Assembly: GCA_977030845.1 (NCBI GenBank)
Contig: OZ365119.1
Location: 12,214,001-12,278,000, forward strand
Length of the DNA: 64,000 nt
Direction of reading: 5' to 3'
Source: Fimbriosthenelais zetlandica
Taxonomy: Eukaryota
In this document: one piece after another, positions 1 through 13,693 of the stretch
Layout of the letters: every line of letters starts with the position of its first letter
How positions within the stretch are numbered: position 1 is the first letter of the stretch
Translations under genes and position numbers: made by a program
The notes under the pieces: model-generated
What the model saw: the letters and a program-made list of their open reading frames with translations, nothing else
Database searches by the model: none
Told to the model about the DNA's origin: nothing

Positions 1-567
1 CTTAGAGTGAACAGACTGTATTAAATGTATAGAATGTGCGTATAATGTATAGAGGATGTTAAAAAGTGACGTTAAACCCCATTCAATCAATCAATGTATA
101 GAGGATAGCACGGACTAACATACCATGACGAGGTATCAGTACAAGCAGGAGATGATGAGGTGTTTGTTGTCAGTAATGATGAGGCCATTAGGTACCTCAA
201 TGACCACCTGAAAATACTCCCAAATGGAGGAAATGGTTTAATAAAAGCGTCATAAAACCTAAACAAAAAATCTGAAACCTGCCAACAGCACATGTATACA
301 TCCTGAAAAGTGAGCACGTCCTCTCAAGCAACAATAAATATATTTCTCTAAGAACATATTTTCTTTCCTTTAAGGATCATAGACTGAGCGACTTTCCATC
401 TATATTCGTTTAGTCACGTCTAAATGGGGCTGTCCTCAGGGGAGGTCAACTGTGCATAAAGTACACAAGAATTTAACAGTGCCTCCCTACAAGATATTAG
501 CATTGACCACTGATTTCACGGTGCCTCCCTACAAGATATTAGCATTGACCCCTGAGGGTCACAATAG

Positions 568-738
568 NNNNNNNNNNNNNNNNNNNNNNNNNNNNNNNNN
601 NNNNNNNNNNNNNNNNNNNNNNNNNNNNNNNNNNNNNNNNNNNNNNNNNNNNNNNNNNNNNNNNNNNNNNNNNNNNNNNNNNNNNNNNNNNNNNNNNNNN
701 NNNNNNNNNNNNNNNNNNNNNNNNNNNNNNNNNNNNNN
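568..738. other. Assembly gap (171 N)
   Basis: Run of N; a short direct duplication (gtgcctccctacaagatattagcattgacc x2, about 479-550) lies just before it. Confidence 0.99.
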
Positions 739-1406
739 ATAATGCCCTACAGATTAAATATACAGCTACATGATATCAGAATTATATATCCCATTAACAG
801 ATGATTACATTCCAATTGTCTTAAAATCTCCAAAGAAAATCTAAAATAGAAATCTTTATCACATACCTCTTATTACTAGATCGAGTGTCTATAAGAACAA
901 TGGTTGAACATTAAATGTAGCTAACCAGATAGAGATCAGTGTGACGGAAAGTAAGTACAAATATGTATAAACATGACCTAAAAAGAGGTGATGGCAATAG
1001 GTACAGGTATATATATAGCGCTGATCCCTCAAGCATAGAAAAGCTACATACCAGGAGCCCGCCGACATACAAGACAAATACAAGTAAAATCACACTAAAT
1101 ATAGACAAATATAAAATACAATCTTACCCTTTTGGTTTCAAACAATTAGGTGCTAAGTTTGGAGATGTTGTCATCCACTTTTAGTGTGAAATGCGATGGA
1201 GATGGCTGAAGGCAGGTACCATCTATAGGTATGTGCATTGACTCTTAACAGAGCAGAAAAATATGTCACAAAAACAGAAATGACGCCGTTAATCACTCAT
1301 GTATACGATCAGCAGATCGTCAATGTCAGCTGACAATTAATTGAAACTGTTGTCTCGGCATGTTTTCTGTTATTGTAACAAAGCACTAAAAGGGAAAAAG
1401 CATATT

Positions 1407-1471
1407 GCAACACGGGATTCGATCACACGACCTTAGAGTTCCAAATCAAACACTCTACCATATGCGCCACC
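1407..1471 (-). mobile_element. tRNA-derived (SINE-like) head, degenerate
   Basis: Reverse complement reads GGTGGCGCATATGGTAGAG...GGTCGTGTGATCGAATCCCG, with A-box-like and B-box-like motifs at tRNA spacing. Stems pair poorly, so not a functional tRNA. Confidence 0.45.
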
Positions 1472-3437
1472 AAGGCTTTTATATCCTGCAGGCGTTCCAC
1501 TACAAGGTACTTATGTAATGCCAGGTAAAGCTGGCTAGGTGGCGCTCCTGCTGCTTTGCCATCTGCTGCTTTGCCATCTGCTGCTATACCAGCTGCTGCT
1601 CCTCCATCTGCTACCGCTGCATTTGCTGCCGAGGCAACTAGTGGCGCTGTATCTGCTGCCGAGGCAAAACGTTCGTTAAATTATGGGGAATAGTCAGAAA
1701 ACCAGCTTTTGAACTTCATAAAAATCTATTTTAAAAAAGTCTTTAATCAAAAAAGTCAAATATTTTGATCTACCAAGGTTTACATACTGCAGGCTAGTTA
1801 TGTAATCCCAGGTAAAGCTGGCTTCAATAACTTTGAACTCCTGATGCTGCTGCATCTGCATCAACTCTCTGAGAGATTTGTTTGATGCCCGTTGATGACC
1901 TTATCAGGGCACACTGCTTCCCCGTGACACAGAAACAACATCATCCCGAATATACGTCCTTCCATTTCTTGTCACTAAATATCTTAGACAAACGGACGTG
2001 ATGCAGTTGTCTTGCATTAGTTGAAAGTAATCTGGTCGGTGGGTGTGTGTATAGGCTTAGCTTGCATTCATCGCCTCGCCAGGTCTTGCAGGTCGTCCGC
2101 GTGGGATGGTATGTTTATGATTGTCCTCTCACCATGGCTTGCCTATAATTCCATTACCATGCACTTATATCTTCTCTTAATTTTATGAATAAATATTGGT
2201 ATACTCGTATAAAACTTATACAAATTAGTGTCTGGGAAGATTTGTCAGTTTTGTTGTATTCTTATTAACAAAATAGAGCCACAGTTCTGTTAGTAGTCGG
2301 GAGTTTCTGGAGGTATAGACGTGGTAGGTATAGTGATAGCAGATGTAGAAATAGACCTCGGTATGCCAAGACAGAACTTAGACTGAGAACAGGTCTGGAA
2401 CATTTATACTCAAATGCCCTGAAAACAAGACGAACATGCGGGGTGTTAACAGCTACAATGCCTGACGCCAGACTGTGCACGACCCACGAGGTAGCTCCCC
2501 CTGGTGGTGGGAGACAACCACTCTACCTCCTCCTCCTCCAGTGGGATATGGGTGTATAGATGAACCTACCAGGCTGTATGGAACATTGCAGTGCCTGCCT
2601 GCCTGCCTGCCTGCCTGTCTCATGGCACTTTCCTCTCAGACTCTGGCAGACGCACCACTATCAGTGTGGACATTACATTAATCTGTACATAACTTTAAAC
2701 ACTGAAATGGACCTATGCTAGTGATCGATATTTCTTCATTTGTTAATTGCTTTTGCAGCAGGAATTGGTCTTTTGGCTGTTAGGAAGCCCTTGCTGCACA
2801 TTGCTGAACTTGTAAAATGGATTATTCAAGCATGACAGTATTCAGAACAAAATGAAGAACAGCGGTTCTTTGGGCTGGCTCCTAATTCTTCAAAGGATCT
2901 TCCTGAGGGACAAGTAGGTGCTTTGACGTAAGTAAAAGTTTGATTCCCAGGGCTCGGGGTATCAATAAGATATTAATATTAGGGTTAAATCACTAGATGA
3001 ACTAGATGGGTTTGGGCTTATAACAAGTATATGTATTGAACCAACAAGGGTAGCCCCAGCAGGTGTCTGGGGGGACATTCATATTGTGTAAAGGCTCGGA
3101 AAGATGATGAAAATAGACTTTACTATCTGTATAGGTGTTTAATATGACATGAGGAATGATGGGTAAACCCAGCAGTAAGGAGTGATAAGTAGCATTATAT
3201 AATAGATAGACCTTTCAGGAGACTGATATACGGAGGTGAATTCAATTTAGATGAGAATGCAGCCCCAGTAAAGCACGCTCATGGCCCGCCAAACTCCTGC
3301 CAGCAGGAATATGGCTGATTTTTTACCTACTCCAGACAGTAACAGAGATTGTGTAAGGTATATACATATACCCACTGAAACACAGGAGGAGGGTGGAGGA
3401 GACAAGATCTGGAGTACTTCCAAAGAGAGGAGAGTTA

Positions 3438-3663
3438 CGCCTGGAACACACTAATCCGATTCTTTATGCGACTCCATCCGATAGCTGTCCGAAACTAAAT
3501 TTCTATTTACACCAAATGTTTGTAATTTTAACAGACCTTTTTAACAGACATTTTAACACCTAGGTAAGGCTAACCACTGACAAAATTTCAATCATTGGAT
3601 GTCATTAGAAATGGGGGTTCGGATAGCGACGGATTGGAGAATGGGATTAGTGTGTTCCAGGCC
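3438..3663. mobile_element. MITE family A copy 1 (PIF/Harbinger-like)
   Basis: About 25-bp TIRs GCCTGGAACACACTAATCC...GGATTAGTGTGTTCCAGGC, TTA on both flanks, four more copies in the window. Confidence 0.85.
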
Positions 3664-6423
3664 TTAGGGTATCTATAAGGTGTGGGTGGTTCAGAGACGT
3701 GATCCCGGTAACTGATACCACCTCTAATACTGCCAAATTCATCTCTAAATTCAAGGAATCCAATCTTTAGGTTTTATTATGCAAAAAGTGAGAGGAATTA
3801 CACAAGATTCTAGGCAGTTTACACTGATTAAGGGTGGGATTTTTGTGAGAGGAATTACAAATGAAAAGATTATAGGTATTATAGACGGATTGAGATGGTA
3901 TTATCCCATAGCATATTAAGTAGGAAGCCGTATCGCTGTAATGCTGTGCCACAATGCTATCTATTGCCTATAATTGCAGGATGGGGGATGGGGCCCACAC
4001 ACAAAACAAACATCTGTGTTTTCCATGATGACGTCAGGCATTATGTGGGTGTAAGGGGTGAATGTGAATACAGCACGTATTGGTCATCAATACAGGCAGT
4101 ATACCCACAAACACAGCCATGGGTCGGGGGTAGAAAAGAAACATTTCTCAAAATCAAGATCCCAGAGGGAATGATTTGTACCAATTCTCCTTTCAGTTTG
4201 AAATGGACACATTCATTGAATGCCGGAACCCTCCAACCCCGATAAGAATTTGATGGCAAGACAATTAATTAAAAGGGGATAGCCTAGTAGCTAGAGCCAT
4301 CTCTTTCTAAAATGCCTACCCAGAGAAAAATGAAATCATAATTGAATCAATCGGTTCATTCTATTAATTTAAAGCCTTCCACTGTTTAAATGGACGCCGA
4401 TGAGCGTCACTTCATTCTACTTTAACGACTTGATTGATGAGAATGTAATATCAATCAGCCGTGGTGGGATCTATATCACAGCCTCAATAAATATCTTAAA
4501 GGCTATTCATCCCTCATTGCTGCTGGAGATAACATTTTACTTCAGCACAAAAGTCCCTAAAAGGCTCACTATAAGTTAATGTGGGGTAAATTCCAGCCCG
4601 TCTACCTCATCAGAGCAAGCCCAGCCCTGAAACCCCGCTGAGACTAAACCCACAGACATTCAGCCATCTCGTATGCAAATGACCATGCCACATGATCCAG
4701 CACCTGGTCTCGCCAATGCCCGCGAGATCTCGCGTCTGTCCACGTGACATGAATGAACGCTGATAGTGATGGGGGTGGGGAGGATGTTTGTGATGGACAT
4801 GGTCATTTGTCATGGAGATAAGTGCCCGGATGTGTTTCTGCTGTATCATTCTCATGATTGATTCTCAATGGTTTTGAAACTGACACCTGAAATTTGTTTC
4901 TGAATAACTGAATGAATTCCAAGTAAACAGTGCAAGAAATGGTCATGGAATTTTCATGAATGGTCATGATATTTCCATGAACTACAACCTGATATGATAT
5001 GGGGGATTGGGTAGCATATGTCACTAATAATTCCCTTGGTAAATATAATAATATATCTAATTGTATGACGGTAAAATATAATACTATATACCTGACTGTA
5101 TGACTTGATGATCATGAATCTTGTTGCTGAGAAAAACAGTTGTTGCCGATAAAGATCTATAAGCTCATTTGATAAGGGAGCACGGAGGAAGATATGAGGG
5201 CTTAAGGAGCTTCTGAGAAGGGCTTAGGGAAACCCAAGTTATTTGGGTTGGCTTTAGAGATAAGCTCTTGTCTTGTGTTTCCAGTTCATCTTGTTCAGTG
5301 AGTCTCAACTCTTTGACAGGGCCCGTGAGTAGGGAGGAAACTGAACCTGTGCTGGGAAAACCTAAAACGGGGAATGATATCCCAACTCTGTACAGTATGT
5401 GTAACAAACAATGCAACCCATGAATATTGATGATAAAGAACACATAAATAATGTAGAACAAAAATCTACTTTCTATCTCCATTGTGTCTCAATCACTTGA
5501 TATGAATTTGGAGGCTTATCGCGAAGAGCTATGGGATATTATATGAGGAAAAGCCATTCAGATATTGCGTGGTGAGGTATGTGGATGGCTCCAATAAAAG
5601 CAGTCTATGTGCAGTATCTGACACTGAATATATCAGATATCAACATTCATTTCAATAAGTCCTGCCTACTTCTACTGTCTAAAATCAAATGTCTACCCAA
5701 TATGTTTAAGCAGAGCAGTTAGGGAAAGTCAAGCAAAGAATGCAGGAACTATTATGTCCAAAAATCTCATTTATCGATCGCTTAAAAAGTGTGTTCTTTG
5801 ACAAGAAGGCATTTCCGTATTGTTAAACAATAAACAATAAAAAGGTACGATGGAGTGACCCAGTTTCAAACTAGCGCCTTGACTCAGTCCGCATATGACA
5901 ACAATTATTACTGACAGCGAATTAAACATTGATAAACATTGACAGACCTGTCTGAAAAATTGAAGATTGAATTGTCTGAATTTACCGTCATGTCGGGAGT
6001 GGATATATAATAGATTATAATGGCGTGAATGGTATAAATTGTCGGTTAGTTTTGCCAGTTCACGAGGCAAGCCGACCAATGTTTATTTAAGACGCCTGGA
6101 CGATTCGACAGGAAGTGGGGACGAGGAGGTAGGGGTGGGGGGGAACCTCTATTATCGCCCGGCGAGATTTTGTTTACATACACGTTTTTTTGTTCTTGAG
6201 CGGGCGAATGTTCATTCTGTACAAATTGATTACTTACCCTACTCCCTATTCTATAAAAAGTAAACGAGAAAATTGCCGAAAATGGGTGTGGAGGTGGGGG
6301 GAGGAGGAGGTGAGGTGTACTTCAACACCTTCGCGCTGGTGGCAACAATGGTCGGCCCGCTGCCTCAAGTACGGTGGCCCAAATGTAGGAACCGCACAAT
6401 AAAAAAATATTATTTTAAAATGA

Positions 6424-7332
6424 ACAAGGGCCTTCGGCCACTAAGCAAATAGAAACTAATTTGTTTAAATTTAAGTGTAAAAGACTAAATTTAAAAATAA
6501 AATCAATCCGCCCCTGTGGGCAAACTAAGAAAATACAAAGTAGCCTAGGCCTCCATTGATTACATGCTAACACTAACAGCAGTTTGAATTTTCCCTATAG
6601 GCCTAGATCATATAAATGCCTGTAATATTATAATTATAGGCTATTAAATTTAGGGCCTATCGGTGACAGTGAAATCGCAATATGGTTTACCGGTATATTA
6701 CGGATTTATTTTACGGAAATACTAATAATTATTTATTATTGATTTATATTGTCAGTGACATAGTGTATCTGATTGAAGACCAAATTTGGCAGGGCCTAAT
6801 ATTTAGCCTCAGTGTTATTGTCATGTTTTACTATTTGTTTGCGAATTCCCTGACATGTATTAAATGAAATATTAAACAAAATATATATATCTGAAAGAGA
6901 TACTTTTATAATATTCACAACTGGGTCTCTGCATAGCCACAGACCTAGGCCTAGCCTACTCATTGTTATACTTGCTATAATACTATTAATAGCACGAAGA
7001 GAAAATGGGTTGATTATTGACCCCTATCTATAGGGGGTCTTGGCCATTTTTTTTAAAATAGATGTTTGTGGATTTTGTTTTCATTTTCGTGTTTAGCACT
7101 GAATCAATGACCAGGTACCCGTACTTTATATTTGATTAATTAGCCCACGGGGGCCGAGGGACCTTTCTGAAAAAAATAAATTTTAAAATGTTCACAATAT
7201 TGTGTCCCAATAATCAATGTAGGCCTACGTAACATTATATTTTCTAAGTTGGCCTAAAAATTTAAATTTAATCTTTTACACTTAAATTTAATCAAATTAA
7301 TTTCTATTTGCTTAGTGGCCGGAGGCCCTTGT
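6424..7332. mobile_element. Non-autonomous TIR element, about 0.9 kb
   Basis: About 70-bp near-perfect terminal inverted repeats (ACAAGGGCCTTCGGCCACTAAGCAAATAGAAA... / ...TTTCTATTTGCTTAGTGGCCGGAGGCCCTTGT); AT-rich interior without a transposase ORF; no TSD visible. Confidence 0.75.
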
Positions 7333-9072
7333 GACTAACTAATAAGGTGAAAACAAACAGCCATCCAGGATGCTTCATGAATAAACATGAGCCAATGGCC
7401 GGCCCAGACTTGTGATTGCATATTAATGAACTCTTTTTCAATCTCAGTCAAACATGTGGCGTTTTCCCTGAATAAACGAAATCTTTTCAAAAATATTGCT
7501 AGAACAAACATTGACAAAGAGTTCAGGTGGTGGACGTCCATTGAAAAACTGAAGACAGTCTCAGGGATGTTATACCAACAGACTTTTTGCTGTCTAAACA
7601 AGATGCCTTAGATAGGATTCTGATAGGAGCATTTGAGACTTCTACGTCACTGAGAGGTACCCCGAACTAATGTGCCATTTATCATCAGGGTTATATCAGG
7701 GTTCCTTATTGGTCTGGATGCATTATAAGCGTGGGGAATGTTCCCTAACAGAGCAGAGCTACATGAGAGACCCTGAGTTGATGATGACCCATTATGACGC
7801 ACCATAACCTGGTGTGAGAGAGTAGGATGAAGGGACATACATTTAATCATTCATGGAGATCGTGGAGCTGGGCTGAGTTGATGATAAGCGAGCAGTTGGG
7901 GTCAGTAACCACTATGCAGCCTTGCATATATAGGCCAGAATACATCACGATTTATATACCACCGCCCGCCCATCTGCCCCGGGCTTATCTCTGAGCTTTC
8001 AGCAGGTTTTTAATGTGGCCACAATGTGAATTATATCCAAAATAAAGACCACAAATGATGGCGTTTATGAATCAATTTGCTACCATTACTATTGAGTTTG
8101 GGGACATACCCTTGTCTGAAAACCAGGGCAACCTCTACCCGAAAGACTAATTGAAAGCAGAAATCTCACATGTGGCACATATTTTGAGATCAATGATATT
8201 GAATATTCCTGTACAGTACACTTGCCCATGCAGTACATGCACTGTTTATGTTAATGCCATCATTTTAAGCCATGATTGTGAGTTATAAATTCCATCTGTT
8301 GCGGCCACCAATCATGACTGAGTGTCAGGGTTGGTGTGTGGACACAGTGAGGCGCGTTATCTAGCACGTTTATACCTCCATGCTCCAGTAGTCAGCATAG
8401 ATTACATTTATCCCTCTCTGAACATAGTCATGATTAATGGCATTGCTATGTCAAGGTAGGGAAAAATGTTAAAAGTGGGCTAACGGGATTGAAAAGCTTT
8501 TGCTGCAGGGCTAGCACATGCCATTTGGACTGATGCCTGCATGAATGGAAAGGATGCAATATTGGCCTTAACATTACCAGAGTTATGACATCTGCAAGTT
8601 CACTTTAATGTTATTGTTATTAATAAGATGTAAGTCATTCAGACATACTCGGCACTCTCATGTACAAATGCTCTGTGAGCCTATATTTACTGATAAGCTG
8701 CATGTATAAATATGTTGAATAAAAAAATACATGAAACACTAATAAATGAATTAGAAGCACTCCAGTCTAATGATGTAACTGTCAGTGGTGACCTTGTAAC
8801 TGTCAGTCGTGACCTTGAGACCTGATTCCGGTGTTTGGGTGGGTTTAGTCTGTCACGTGATTTAGGTTAGTGAGGTATAGGTGGTGGGTGCTGGTGAAGC
8901 AGGGGTAAGCAGGATGGTGAGGTAGATATAGAGGATATATCATTGATGTTCAGGTCTCTACCCAGCTCACCAAGATAACCTGCTGACGGCACAGATTAAA
9001 GGTAACATTAAAGTGGCAGCGAGCTCATTTGTCTGTCAACCTGGAGGGCGAAGAGCAGAGATTAAAAAAAGA

Positions 9073-9504
9073 CAAGTCAGGTATGGTGTAATTCATCAAG
9101 TCAGGTATGGTGTAATTCATCAAGTCAGGTATGGTGTAATTCATCAAGTCAGGTATGGTGTAATTCATCATGTCAGGTATGGTGTAATTCATCAAGTCAG
9201 GTATGGTGTAATTCATCAAGTCAGGTATGGTGTAATTCATCAAGTCAGGTATGGTGTAATTCATCAAGTCAGGTATGGTGTAATTCATCAAGTCAGGTAT
9301 GGTGTAATTCATCAAGTCAGGTATGGTGTAATTCATCAAGTCAGGTATGGTGTAATTCATCAAGTCAGGTATGGTGTAATTCATCAAGTCAGGTATGGTG
9401 TAATTCATCAAGTCAGGTATGGTGTAATTCATCAAGTCAGGTATGGTGTAATTCATCAAGTCAGGTATGGTGTAATTCATCAAGTCAGGTATGGTGTAAT
9501 TCAT
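9073..9504 (+). repeat. Minisatellite, 24 bp x 18
   Basis: Unit CAAGTCAGGTATGGTGTAATTCAT, nearly invariant; explains the spurious QVRYGVIH and MNYTIPDL ORFs. Confidence 0.98.
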
Positions 9505-11774
9505 CAAGGCTACATACCCTATACCTGCCTCAACGGACACCGACCCCTCACTTCACCCTAACCGGGGATGATCACAGATTTCATCAGGGGGTGAGGGCAC
9601 TTTTGCAAACCTTCCCCACCCAGAATTTGGGGACCCAGAATGGTAGACTGGAGGTTAAATACAGGAAAGAAATCTAAGCCTTGTACTCATTTAGGTTTTA
9701 AATTGTTTAGTACATTACATTTGGGGCACTTGGGGGCGAAAAGTGTACTTGTTTATTTGTAAAAATGCTGCCTCAGTTCACTCGGCAATGGGGAGGTCTA
9801 GAACGTGTTGGGAGTCTGTCAGTAACTCTCGTTGTATTATATTCTGGCTCTCACTTTCTCAACCTGCTCTCCTCAGACGTAAGCTACTTTAACCACCTCC
9901 TTGTGCCATACATATGTCCATGAATCAGTGAGATCACCTCCAACTATCTCTCAGCTTGTCAACCTGCCAAGTGTTCCCAATCCTCTTCATACTTCCACTC
10001 CTTATAATTGTTTTAAACTGATCTACATTCAAATGAAAGAGATCAATTTTCATTATCATTTCCTCCTGATGGTAAGTTTAAACGAGACCTGTAGTACTTC
10101 CACTAACTCCAACAGACCATTACCAGATGCTCGGCAGATGCTCCAAAACAAGGAAAAAGATAACAAGTATAAAGCTTTTAGTTAGCTTCCCCTCAAGCCC
10201 GTCACAACTCATTAGGAGTGAAGCTTTTTGTTAGAGGTCTCATCCATCAAAAACGGCAGCCATATTGTTTATACCTGCAGCACATAAAGTGCATCCTGAT
10301 ACTCGGAATGTGAGTAACTACTTTTATATGTCTGATAGCAAATAGTAGACATCAAAACAGATGTTTTGACACAAGGAAAGTAATGTTCCATTAAATCTGA
10401 TAATCAGGATAAGATGATGGTTACGACCTATGAATCAGGTCAAATGTAGAAGACTTTATACAGCTTCTCTGTCCTACTAAAGCATTCTCAAACTTGCTAC
10501 ATCAGCTTTCATGTGAAGGTCTGACTGTAGGTCGTGCAGATTCCTGTACAGCATGAATCATGAGAAGTAGCAGCATTTCCGTATCTTATAAAGTCATAAA
10601 AACTATCAGAGGCCGACAAATATCAGTTCTCATGAATGAATCTCTCAAAAAACAACATTACATCATGGATTTCACTTTCTTTTCTTTGACTTCCATCTGA
10701 TAAGTTGATCTAATAATGTTTTAATGGGATGATAAAGTTCCCAGCTTGACGGGATATATAATGGCCAGGTGGTTATGTAGTAAGTAGAATTTCAGGATAT
10801 AAGAAGCTTTGGGTGTAGGCCCGGGTAGTGTGGGTGTATCTAGGCACACCTGGGGTAAGACCCCTCAGAGAGATATATTAGCTCCCTGACATGTTAGAAC
10901 CCCAGTAGGAGGAACTATTCCAACCTAACTCACACTCAATACATCACAACTCCCATATCTCACTCCCCCAGGCCTCCTGCTGTGCCACTTCAACATTGTA
11001 ACCATTGATACGGCAAAACAAGCATGGGGTATACTGCAATATCCACGTCAACAACACCCAATGTCTCATTGCAATGTGAGGGCTTATTTTGCTGTTTTAT
11101 CAGGAAATGAGTAATATTGCTTTAGAAAGCCCTGAGAATGCACCCTACCAGGAATGAGGGGTTCTGTTGTGGCGGACAACATGGTCATTTAAGACCTGTC
11201 GTTTGGTGAACTAAGTGGATTTATTGCCATAATGTATCACTGCTGGACTGTGGAGCAGTGAACGCGAGGCTGGGCATGCGTAGAGACCAATGACCGGTGT
11301 TTGATGCATGGTAAATCCGCAGCTGGCCTTGATGCATGGTAAATCCGCAGCTGGCCTGACGCAGCCTCAGCACCAGCTGAACATAAAATCCAAATAAAAG
11401 TGTTAACATAGTCCCTGGTCTTATCCAACAAAACAATGTACTTGATATGTCTCTGATATTATACGAATCAAGCTTGCTCATTCTACAATTATGGTCATGC
11501 CTTTTTAATGTCATTTGGATGGTGACATATACTGACTAGAGCTAGGTCATCCGGACCTTGGTTGCTATGTGGGGTATTTCTGTTATCTTGAGATGCTCTT
11601 CAGCAATATGGGACTGGCGGAAATGCCCACAATACAACTGTTAAATGACATCAATTGAGATTAATGAATGAGGGGTGGATCATCTGGACGCCCACACTAA
11701 GTCGTGCCACATTTCACAGCAGGAAACATGTTCAGATTCATGTTAAATAACTCCCCTCGCTTCATATTCCATCT

Positions 11775-11860
11775 GTTGCCTTGGAAACGGGTGCAAACAC
11801 CTGTTTAGTGCTCAGTCCAGCCAGCAGGGGGCACCAGCATGCTCTCAGATCTCGCGAGAT
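11775..11860. promoter_or_regulatory. Motif cluster: X-box-like, CTCF-type and TCTCGCGAGA palindrome
   Basis: GTTGCCTTGGAAAC (about 11775-11788), GCCAGCAGGGGGCACCA (11820-11836) and ATCTCGCGAGAT (11849-11860). Motif match only. Confidence 0.4.
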
Positions 11861-13693
11861 GCTCCGAGATTCCGGATAAAACGTGACTTGTGAACATCAG
11901 GCGTCACTTAAAACCTGGCCAAAAAAGTAGTCCCGGCACTTGGTGTTCTCATAGAAATAGGCCCCCTGATAGTAAAGTGGTTCTAGTAGAAAAAACACCT
12001 CAGAGATTTGTTAAGGTCTGTGAAGAGAGAAGGACTGACATCTTTGGCTTCAGATGTTCATGTAATAAATATCTAACAGACTCTAATCGTGCTCAATGGT
12101 AACCAGATTATCAGGGGGTGGGAGTTTATTCAGTTGGTCACTGACACCGCTTTTCTCACATGTTTTTCCATGGTTTACCTTTGTGGGTATTTAGAGCATT
12201 CAGGCCTCCAATACATAACCACGGAGAAATGTAGACACATCCATCTCAGTGTTAGATGTTATGGACTTTCCAGTATACAGAGTCACTGATTTAGGACGAG
12301 AAAACTGTTTAGTACCATCTACATCTGTCAGTTCCTTCACCTCTACTCCCCACACACAAATCATCATGGCAGGAAAACATAATCTAGTGACCATTACTCA
12401 ACAGAGAATGTAAGGCAAAAACAAGGATGGTCGAAATAGAATTTATCGGGCATCCACATATATATGGACCCATACAAAATGGAAGATATTATGTAATTTG
12501 GGATCAGAGAGAGGCCCACCCACCCACAGAAGTGACTCCAGACCACAGCACACATGATCTATGTGTGACGAGGAAGTCCCTCCGCCGCCAGTGCCATTAG
12601 GACTATTTACTTCCTTTGTCTGTCTTTGTACTGGTCTTGGGAGTAATTAATGCGCATGTCCAGACCCGGACAACTTCCGGCGGAAGCTGACAGTTGGGCA
12701 GTCCATGTGATTGATGGCAATTCCAAGTAATGGGCATAAAGAGGTTATAAAAGGACAAATCTAAAGATATGAAGTGTAGGGAGTGGGGAGGGGACAGTAG
12801 ATGGACATGGTGAGATAGGAATAACAAGAGTTGCAATCAGTAGACATCTAGATGAAGCAGTTTCATAGTTTTCATGAGCCTGGCAAGAGTATATAATTCT
12901 ACAACCAGCACGACGTACCGGTACATTCAAGATGGCTGCCAAACACTGCTGGAAAATTCCCATGACAAAAGACATAATCTTGTGTTCTCTGACATTCTGA
13001 TAAGCGCCTCATTGCCTCGTACTAGATGCAATCTATACACAATTAGTCCCCGAGGGCTCTACGATCAAATCACTCAGTGGTTTGTAACGTACCCTCACTC
13101 TACTCAATGTGACCTGCTGGATGATTTAGTTAGAGTGAGGGGAGGGGTTAGAGTAGGCCATTGACTGGTACATTTAGCGATCAATAAATATGAAAACCTC
13201 TCACAGGGGGTCCTTAGTGCTAGTAGTACACAGCCACATGCTTCCAGATTTTAAGACAGAAAGAGAAAACCCACTTAGGCTAGATATTGTCTCATGTCAC
13301 CTAGATCTGCTGAAAGACTCCCACCTCCTTCCAACTTGTTTTATGTCATTTATGGACTGCTGTTTTCTTATTTTTCAGATCGTCCAAAGGAGTGAATTAT
13401 AGGACAGGAGCTGGTGGGGATGTGGAGGTGTCAGTTAGTGGGATGTATCATGCTATAATGCATCATGACTTCTCCACATGGCTTACATGAAGCAAATCAT
13501 GCATCAATTCTCAACTCAGCGATAGTGAAATTACCATATTTCTGCAGCAGAGGAATCTGTGTTACTATTGCAAGGGAATTGAATGTCTGAAGACATTACA
13601 TGGTCCTGCCATGGATTTGACATGGGATGGTATCGATGTTTGTATCAAACATAGGTTTTAAATATAAAGTGGACCAACAAGAGTAGGATCAAG

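Noticed and set aside
1407-1471. Functional tRNA gene
   Set aside because: Acceptor and anticodon stems do not pair; kept only as a SINE-like relic.
1824-2135. 104-codon minus-strand frame with two internal stops (possible transposase relic)
   Set aside because: No recognisable motif; the length is attainable by chance.
4455-4495. TATCACAGCC (miR-2 family 5' end) in a short hairpin
   Set aside because: The rest of the mature sequence does not match and the stem is too short for a pre-miRNA.
9013-9561. 182-aa and 171-aa repeat ORFs on both strands
   Set aside because: By-products of a stop-free 24-bp unit; no protein-like flanks.
9800-10730. Possible degraded retrotransposon or transposase coding fragment
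   Set aside because: Manual translation gave no RT, endonuclease or DDE motif.
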